From Candidatus Aminicenantes bacterium (lineage in GTDB: Bacteria; Acidobacteriota; Aminicenantia; JAMOAD01), in assembly GCA_027061995.1 (NCBI GenBank), contig JAMOUT010000100.1, forward strand, positions 2,211 to 66,210: DNA of 64,000 nucleotides. The letters run 5' to 3'. The position numbers and the translations under genes were made by a program. Each line of letters opens with the position of its first letter. Positions within the stretch are counted from its first letter, which is position 1. The notes beneath the pieces were generated by a model that searched no databases, was not told the origin of the DNA, and saw only the letters and a list, made by a program, of their open reading frames with translations. Below, in pieces: positions 1 through 6,254 of this stretch.

Positions 1-2
1 AA

Positions 3-287
3 TTATTATCACCTTCGGATGAGTTTAAAACAAGAGATAAAACTCTTGTATTTCAATGGTCAAAATTATATTTAAAGAATGTGGTATATATTTTAAGGTT
101 ATCTTCAAGCATAGGCAAATTATTTGAAAAACCCGAGATTAAAAAAATAACTTCAGGGGATAAAATAAAACTTAATGAAAGCAGACTTGTTAAAGGTAAA
201 TGGTATTATTGGATTATTGAAGCAAAATTAAAAACGGGAAAAACATTAGCGGTAAGCGAAATTAGAAAGATTAAAATGATAGATTAG
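3..287 (+). CDS. 3' end of a CDS truncated by the window edge (hypothetical, beta-sandwich-like C-terminal module)
   Basis: This frame is open from nt 3 to the TAG at 285-287, so the GTG at 81 in the ORF track is probably an internal codon. The pattern LVFQWSK...KGKWYYWIIEAK..GK resembles the repeat module in the FecR-like protein at 49440..50576. Confidence 0.4.
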   Translation, partial: LLSPSDEFKTRDKTLVFQWSKLYLKNVVYILRLSSSIGKLFEKPEIKKITSGDKIKLNESRLVKGKWYYWIIEAKLKTGKTLAVSEIRKIKMID

Positions 288-2326
288 AAAATATAATTTA
301 TTCCGATAACAGAACTAAACCCCGGATACTTTAAAAGAGGGAGATTGTCGATACCGTTTTTAAGTAGAACGGGTGTTGAATTAAGGATGTTCTTTAATCC
401 GATAAAGAATTCCATTTTCCCCGTTTGATAATTTAATCCTACCGCCAATAGATTCAAACTTTTTGAATTAATTTCCAAGGAAACGGGAATAAGTGAAGTG
501 GAAGAATCCCCGATTTCATAATCGGTCATATTAATAGGAGGCATGTGGACAAAATATATATTTAAGTTAAGATTATCCATAATATCAATTTCAGAATACA
601 GGTAAAATTTTAACCCGTTTCCATATGCCAGTTTATAGTCCTCAGTAAATTTTTCCTGAATATTTTTATTCAGAAAAAGATTGGAATAGATATAACTTGA
701 TAATATTGAATTAAATTCATTATTATAATTACCTTTATTTATCATGTAGGTAATGCCGGAATAAAATAAACCATTATTAAAGGATTTATTTATTGATAAA
801 TTAAAGCCCGTATATTGTCTTTTGGGTGTAATAAGAATATTATCGGATTCTTTTATTTCTCCGATTATATAAGCTGTTTTATTTTTATTGTATCTTTTAT
901 CCCAAAAATATTGCATTGTTGAAAACAGAGCGGAAAATGTAATGGCGGAACTATCATTTACTTGATATTCTGTCTTGAATTTAATCCTGTTTATCCGGTT
1001 AAATTTTTTACTGTTATCATAATTATAAGTTAGAACCGAAATAGAATCGGTCTTTTCCCAATTATTATCCTGAAGTTGAAATAAAACATAGGGGGTGAAT
1101 TTATTTGAAAGATACATTAATTTAATTATATTCAGAGGTTTTGAAAAAGAGGAATAACCTATCGAAGATTTTATTAATTGACTATTATAAGAAATTTTAA
1201 AAAGATAATCGAAAGAGTTTAAACCTATTTTATCCGAAAAATTTTTAATATTATAGATATACATGTTATACGCCGTTCTTATTTCTGTTCTTATCTTTTT
1301 GGCTTTCCCGAAAATCAGACGAATCTCCGGGGATAAATTAAGTTCGGTTCCTTCAAAACCATAACCATAATTTGTGATTTTCAAATTATTATCATACACA
1401 ATACCGTCGGAGGGTAGCTTAAATGTTTCGGAGGCATTTGTATAGTTGGTTTTAAAAGAAAAAATTATTTTTAATGTATCCGAGCTATTTTGTGAGAAGA
1501 GCAGTGAGTTTTTTAAGGAAAGGAAACCATTGTCATGGAAACGGGGGTAATTATTGTCCCATAGAGTTTTGTCCGAATCAAAAAGGGAGGGGGATGAATT
1601 TTGCCCTTCTTGCGAAAAGGAACCATAGGATAGTGATGTTGAAATTTGATACTCCGAGTTCCCGTTTTTCTTTTTGTATTTTAAAAAAGCGCCTATGAAT
1701 TTTTTAGATGAAGATGCTTTTGCGCTATCCGAGAATTTAACAGGAGACGAGGGCTCTAATTCATTGATAGGGTAAATCGAATTATCACTATTCTTAAAAT
1801 TAAGATAAAAATCAAAAGTTAAATAATCAGATTTCCATTTTAAAAAAGTTTCTATCCCCGGTCCTATATAAAGGTCTTTAAAATGAGTGTAAGAGTTTCC
1901 GTAATTACTTATTATAAGAGAGGATGTAAAACTGTTATTATAATAGTTTAAATATAAAGAGTTTGTAATATTTGTTGTATTCTCGCTTTTCAATGAAAAT
2001 CCGTCTCTAAAAAAGCCTATTTTATTTTGTTTATCTATCTCTGAATTAATTTTATAAAGATTATAATAATCATCATTATACTGTAGGTCATCAAGAAGAG
2101 ATAAAGAGGGGGTAATGAATTTTTCCCCTGTAATAGGATTAATTATATCAATTTCATTAAACGAAAGATTAAAAGAGTTATTATTTCTCAATCCCTCAAT
2201 GGAAGAATAATGGGAAAAAGGGGTAAGAAACAGCATTTCATTAAAATTTAAAAACGGATACTCAAATGAGAATATAGGGGCTATGGCTAATAATATCAGT
2301 CCGACTACTCTTAATTTTTTTATCAT
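284..2326 (-). CDS. Putative outer-membrane beta-barrel protein (hypothetical)
   Basis: N-terminal signal-like hydrophobic segment (VVGLILLAIAPIFS). Long N/S/Y-rich sequence with alternating hydrophobicity. C-terminal ...GINYIF ends in an aromatic residue, as is typical of OMPs. GGAG SD lies upstream of the ATG. Confidence 0.55.
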   Translation of the reverse strand: MIKKLRVVGLILLAIAPIFSFEYPFLNFNEMLFLTPFSHYSSIEGLRNNNSFNLSFNEIDIINPITGEKFITPSLSLLDDLQYNDDYYNLYKINSEIDKQNKIGFFRDGFSLKSENTTNITNSLYLNYYNNSFTSSLIISNYGNSYTHFKDLYIGPGIETFLKWKSDYLTFDFYLNFKNSDNSIYPINELEPSSPVKFSDSAKASSSKKFIGAFLKYKKKNGNSEYQISTSLSYGSFSQEGQNSSPSLFDSDKTLWDNNYPRFHDNGFLSLKNSLLFSQNSSDTLKIIFSFKTNYTNASETFKLPSDGIVYDNNLKITNYGYGFEGTELNLSPEIRLIFGKAKKIRTEIRTAYNMYIYNIKNFSDKIGLNSFDYLFKISYNSQLIKSSIGYSSFSKPLNIIKLMYLSNKFTPYVLFQLQDNNWEKTDSISVLTYNYDNSKKFNRINRIKFKTEYQVNDSSAITFSALFSTMQYFWDKRYNKNKTAYIIGEIKESDNILITPKRQYTGFNLSINKSFNNGLFYSGITYMINKGNYNNEFNSILSSYIYSNLFLNKNIQEKFTEDYKLAYGNGLKFYLYSEIDIMDNLNLNIYFVHMPPINMTDYEIGDSSTSLIPVSLEINSKSLNLLAVGLNYQTGKMEFFIGLKNILNSTPVLLKNGIDNLPLLKYPGFSSVIGINYIF

Positions 2327-2706
2327 TTCACTCTCCTAATAATCCTCTAATAATACAATTTTCCCCGATTTTTGTCCACACTTTAAATCCTTGTTTCTCA
2401 ATATTTGACTGTAGCTAAAAAACAACTTTTTATAAGCTGATTAAGCGATGTAGGGGATTACACACACTGTCCATGGATTTTTAAGTAAGCAAATGATTGA
2501 TGCGCTTTTCATCGGTGTCATTTATTATTATTCTCTCGGATATAAAAATTTCCCGGTTTATTATGGGGTTTTACAGTTTCAATTATCATCTCATTATTTT
2601 GACTTTTGTCGTTTTCGCTATTCTTTGCCTGTCTTATTAAAATAAAGTATAGCTTTGCACAAAGCATGTTTAATGATGTTTTTTTTAACAAAATTGCTTA
2701 AACCCC

Positions 2707-2735
2707 TTGACAAACAGTAAAAAATAAAATAAATT
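2707..2735 (+). promoter_or_regulatory. Sigma70-like promoter for hup (TTGACA-N17-TAAATT)
   Basis: TTGACA at 2707-2712, 17-nt spacer, TAAATT at 2730-2735. GGAGG SD at 2754-2758 precedes the ATG at 2764. Confidence 0.45.
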
Positions 2736-2763
2736 TTAATATATCAAAAAAAAGGAGGAAAAG

Positions 2764-3057
2764 ATGACAAAAACTGAAATGGCAGAGAAATTAGCAAAAA
2801 AAACCGGCTTATCCAAAGCCAAAGCAATGGAAGTTGTTAATGAAATCTTCGGAGTTGCTCCGGGCAAAGGGATTATTGCGGTTGAACTTGATGCGGGAAG
2901 AAAAGTAACGATTCCCGGATTCGGAACTTTTGAAACAAAAAGAAGAGCAGCGAGAGAAGGAAGGAATCCTGCAACAGGAAAAACAATTAAAATAGCTGCC
3001 AAAAACTATCCTAAATTTAAACCTGGCAAAACTCTGAAAGAGAGAGTAGCCAAATAA
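2764..3057 (+). CDS. hup: HU-family nucleoid-associated DNA-binding protein
   Basis: Length is about 97 aa. Motifs are typical of HU/IHF: MTKTEMAEKLA...GFGTFETKRRAAREGRNPATGKTIKIAAKNYPKFKPGK. Strong AAGGAGG SD and tandem TAA TAA stops. Confidence 0.95.
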   Translation: MTKTEMAEKLAKKTGLSKAKAMEVVNEIFGVAPGKGIIAVELDAGRKVTIPGFGTFETKRRAAREGRNPATGKTIKIAAKNYPKFKPGKTLKERVAK

Positions 3058-3156
3058 TAATTATTAATAATAATAATAATTAAGTTTAGGGTGGAGCGGC
3101 GGGCATTTAATCGAAATAATATATAATTATTATAAATCCTTTATTCATAACTTTAA

Positions 3157-3744
3157 ATGGCAACCGAGCAAAGAATCAAGCGGATTAATACGGTTCTTAA
3201 TAATAGGCAAGCTGACTTGGTTGTGGTTTTGGAAAACATAAGAAACACCCATAATGCTAATGCTATTATAAGAACCATGGATTTAACGGGGGTTCAGTAT
3301 CTCTATATAATAAATACTCTTAATGAGCCTTTTCCTATAAATACCTCAATATCTACAGGTGCTGAAAAATGGATAGAGATAAAACAATTTTTTTCTGTGG
3401 AATCCTGCGTCAAAGAGCTAAAAGAAAAAGGGTTTAAAATATATGGAACACATCTTAAATCAGAGGCTAAAACCATTGATAGGATAAATTTTGCCGAAAA
3501 AATTGCAATAGTGTTCGGTAATGAGAAAAACGGGGTATCCGAAGAGATGCTGAAATATTGTGATGAGAATATATATATTCCTATGAAGGGGATGGTCAAA
3601 AGTTTTAATATATCTGTTTCGGTAGGTATAATATTATATGAAGCAATGAAACAAAGAATGGAGAAAAACTATTTTGAAAAAGGTAAACTTTCGGAAAAAG
3701 AGAAAACTTCTTTTTATAATCGTTGGATTATTAATAAGCCTTAA
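3157..3744 (+). CDS. trmH: SpoU/TrmH-family tRNA (Gm18) 2'-O-methyltransferase
   Basis: The N-terminus RIKRINTVLNNRQADLVVVLENIRNTHNANAIIRTMDLTGV parallels E. coli TrmH. SpoU motifs are present: FGNEKNGVS and IPMKGMVKSFNISVSVGIILYE. Confidence 0.85.
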   Translation: MATEQRIKRINTVLNNRQADLVVVLENIRNTHNANAIIRTMDLTGVQYLYIINTLNEPFPINTSISTGAEKWIEIKQFFSVESCVKELKEKGFKIYGTHLKSEAKTIDRINFAEKIAIVFGNEKNGVSEEMLKYCDENIYIPMKGMVKSFNISVSVGIILYEAMKQRMEKNYFEKGKLSEKEKTSFYNRWIINKP

Positions 3745-4657
3745 TTTCGCCTATCCTTTAAAACAAGTCTTTAGAAAACAAGTTCCCGAGATATATAGAT
3801 TAAGATTGAATTTTAGCGTGGGTTCTTGGGGAAAACTTATATTAATTATCCCCTACAGAGCCTATTGTGAAGTTAATGCTGACATCTATTTAAAACGGGT
3901 CAAACTTGAAGATGGTAATTATCTGTTTAAATTCCATAAAATAGCGACTCCGGTTTATTATGCTCAAACGATTGATTTTATTCCTAAGGAGATTCATATT
4001 AGAGTCGGAGATTTAACAATAAAAAAAGGATTTTACTATGGAAAACAAAAGCTTATTGATATTTGTTCACATAATAAATTCTATTGTGAAACAGTCCCAT
4101 TATCAAAAAGGAAAGCGCTTCCCTTTTTATTTCGGAAGATTAATGAAAATATCTTTAGCTTTATCATGAATAATAAAGGGCGAATTATTGAAAAAACAAT
4201 AACAAATAAAATAGACCTTTTTTACGCATGGCCGGCAAATTCAAAATTCGGGCTTCCCTCTTTTGATATGCTATCGGCATCCCTATGTTTTTTAAACATT
4301 CCTTATGAAAATTCTCCGGTTAATGAAAACAAATACAGGGTATTAAATATCAACCTTAACAGATGTTTAAACCAAGTTTTACATCAAACCATTCCGACTG
4401 TCAGAAAATTTGTTAAATTAAAACAAAGGAGATTGTTTCATCTCTATTATATAAAAGAAGAAAACAGTGAACAAACAACATATATAGGAGTTGCGACTCC
4501 GGATGTTAGAGTTTGGGATAAATTTCATATTAGAAAAGTTATCAGAGAGATAAGGTTTAAAAAAGATGAAATCGTTTTTAACAAATTTTATATAGAAGTT
4601 TATGATAAAAAAGGTAGAGGGGGGAAAGGTGAAGTTATTCTTAAGAAAGTTAATTGA
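3674..4657 (+). CDS. Secreted hypothetical protein
   Basis: TTG start with GGAG 10 nt upstream. N-terminal signal peptide (KKRKLLFIIVGLLISLNFAYP). No recognised catalytic motif. The first 71 nt overlap the 3' end of trmH out of frame. Confidence 0.5.
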   Translation: MKKVNFRKKRKLLFIIVGLLISLNFAYPLKQVFRKQVPEIYRLRLNFSVGSWGKLILIIPYRAYCEVNADIYLKRVKLEDGNYLFKFHKIATPVYYAQTIDFIPKEIHIRVGDLTIKKGFYYGKQKLIDICSHNKFYCETVPLSKRKALPFLFRKINENIFSFIMNNKGRIIEKTITNKIDLFYAWPANSKFGLPSFDMLSASLCFLNIPYENSPVNENKYRVLNINLNRCLNQVLHQTIPTVRKFVKLKQRRLFHLYYIKEENSEQTTYIGVATPDVRVWDKFHIRKVIREIRFKKDEIVFNKFYIEVYDKKGRGGKGEVILKKVN

Positions 4658-5060
4658 TATGCTTTTTTACTGTAACCTTAAACCCTGTTTCTAATTTTTT
4701 AAAATCCAAAAAGTCCATTTTATTTTGCACAATTATCCAACCTCTGCCTGAAAGTTCGGGAAATTCCCCACGCTTTAAAACTTCAGGTTTTCTTTCCTTA
4801 TAATTAAAACCGGCTCCTTCATCTTTTACGGAGATTGTAAAAAGATTATTATTCCATTCAAGTTTTATCAATACGGATTTACTGTTGTCTCTTTTATTAC
4901 CGTGTATTATTGAATTTGCAAGAATCTCTCTTAAGGAGATTTCAAGGGACCATAAAAAATCTTCTGCATAATTATTGATTTCCGCTATCGAATACAATAC
5001 ATTTATCACCGGATCTATCAATTTTGTATCGCTTTTTATCTTTATGCTTATTTGTTTCAT
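4650..5060 (-). CDS. Anti-sigma regulatory factor, RsbW/SpoIIAB-like Ser/Thr kinase (HATPase_c fold)
   Basis: N-box-like ILANSIIHGN and G1-box-like ISVKDEGAGFNY, followed by GRGWIIV. Size (136 aa) is typical of this family. Confidence 0.75.
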   Translation of the reverse strand: MKQISIKIKSDTKLIDPVINVLYSIAEINNYAEDFLWSLEISLREILANSIIHGNKRDNSKSVLIKLEWNNNLFTISVKDEGAGFNYKERKPEVLKRGEFPELSGRGWIIVQNKMDFLDFKKLETGFKVTVKKHIN

Positions 5061-5065
5061 AGGTA

Positions 5066-5094
5066 AATATAATTTAAATAAGTCATGTTGTCAA
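5066..5094 (-). promoter_or_regulatory. Sigma70-like promoter abutting the start codon of the anti-sigma kinase gene (predicted leaderless mRNA)
   Basis: On the minus strand: TTGACA (5094-5089), N17, TATATT (5071-5066), 5 nt, then ATG (5060-5058). There is no SD in between. Confidence 0.5.
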
Positions 5095-5112
5095 ATCAAA
5101 ATCATTTGACAA
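5088..5112. repeat. Perfect 9-bp inverted repeat TTGTCAAAT-N7-ATTTGACAA
   Basis: Read directly from the sequence. Each arm contains a TTGACA hexamer, and the two hexamers face opposite directions. Confidence 0.9.
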
Positions 5113-5285
5113 TATTTTGCGCTCCCGTGAATATAAGCGATTTGTTTATACTTTGAATTAACAATTTCTTAGGAAAATTGCAGAAATTTTGTTTTTCAAA
5201 TGAACTTGATTTTTATAATATATGGCATAAATAAAAGAGCAGGGGAATCGACCAATCCATATCCTTAAAATCGAGTAGTATGTTC

Positions 5286-5314
5286 TTGAAGAAAGAAAGA
5301 TAAACGGTTATACT
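5286..5314 (+). promoter_or_regulatory. Sigma70-like promoter abutting the ATG of the flavin reductase-like gene (predicted leaderless mRNA)
   Basis: TTGAAG (5286-5291), N17, TATACT (5309-5314), 5 nt, then ATG at 5320. No SD. Confidence 0.5.
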
Positions 5315-5319
5315 AATAT

Positions 5320-5883
5320 ATGGATAAAATAGATATCAAGACCGTAAGGCTTCCTCATCCCACTCCCCTTGTAGTGGCGGTTTCGGGAAATAATCCCCCC
5401 AACCCCTCGACATACATATACTTTAGCCAATTAAATGACCATCCCCCTATTGTAGGGATAGGGATAAAAAAGAAAAGATATACATATAAGCTTATTCGGG
5501 AATTCAGAGATTGGACAATCAATATAGTTAGCGAAAATATCTTAAAAGAGGCTGATAAAGCGGGAACCATAAGCGGTAATAAACAGAATAAATCAAAAAT
5601 TTTAGAGCTTGATTATATTTCTTCAAATAAAATAAAATCATTCGGAATTAAGGAATCGATTATTATTTATGAAGTTCAATATATGAATGAAGTGGAATTT
5701 CCAGATCATAATCTTGTTTACGGAGAGGTTGTCAATATTAAAATAGATAAATGTTATATGAATGAAAACAAAATAAATTTTGAAAAAGTCCCTTTTATTC
5801 TTTCTTCTTACTATAGTATGGATTATTATGGTATGGGAAAGTTTAAAAACCATTGGGGATTTGGTTTAAAGGGGGAAAAATGA
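5320..5883 (+). CDS. Flavin reductase-like (FMN-binding split-barrel) domain protein
   Basis: Size and pattern (PTPLVVAVSG....P.......PP.VGIGI......Y.LI......TINI) are typical of the flavin reductase/DIM6-NTAB family. Confidence 0.6.
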   Translation: MDKIDIKTVRLPHPTPLVVAVSGNNPPNPSTYIYFSQLNDHPPIVGIGIKKKRYTYKLIREFRDWTINIVSENILKEADKAGTISGNKQNKSKILELDYISSNKIKSFGIKESIIIYEVQYMNEVEFPDHNLVYGEVVNIKIDKCYMNENKINFEKVPFILSSYYSMDYYGMGKFKNHWGFGLKGEK

Positions 5884-6254
5884 AATTAAAAATGAGTTTT
5901 ATATCGATTATATTCGCCCTTCTTATTGTTTTTATCCTTTACAAACTTTATTTCAAACCGAGTAAAGAATCTGCCGGAGTTGCCCGAACATCCATTCATA
6001 AAGCTAAAACAGCTGTTCTTGACACTGACCTTGTATCTGTCAGACAAGCCGTATCAATGTTTTATAATGAAAAAGGGAGGCTTCCGGAATCATTAAAGGA
6101 GTTAACTCCTACCTATTTAAGATATATTCCTATTGATCCTTGGGGTCAAGAATACAGATATGAAAAAGGGGACAACTCCTATAAGATTATTTCAGCGGGA
6201 AAAGATAAATATTTTAATACAAGCGATGATATAATAAAGGAGTTTACCGAATAG
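5880..6254 (+). CDS. GspG-like (type II secretion pseudopilin C-terminal domain) protein without a canonical prepilin cleavage motif
   Basis: The preferred start is the ATG at 5880, which overlaps the upstream stop (ATGA) and has a GGGGG SD. N-terminal hydrophobic helix. The C-terminal segment LPESLKEL...YIPIDPWGQEYRYEKGDNSYKIISAGKDKYFNTSDDI matches the GspG C-domain pattern (P.DPWG..Y.Y......y.l.S.G.DG). Confidence 0.65.
   Translation: MKLKMSFISIIFALLIVFILYKLYFKPSKESAGVARTSIHKAKTAVLDTDLVSVRQAVSMFYNEKGRLPESLKELTPTYLRYIPIDPWGQEYRYEKGDNSYKIISAGKDKYFNTSDDIIKEFTE

Noticed and set aside
3065-3079. (TAA)5 microsatellite after the hup stop, followed by a GC-rich GGGTGGAGCGGCGGGC stretch
   Set aside because: The microsatellite is plain low complexity in AT-rich DNA. 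The GC-rich stretch has no self-complementarity, so I could not support a terminator call.
5106-5134. Plus-strand promoter TTGACA-N17-GAATAT, which would drive the flavin reductase gene through a ~185-nt leader
   Set aside because: A better promoter lies directly at the gene (5286-5314). The upstream element is retained only as part of the palindrome observation.
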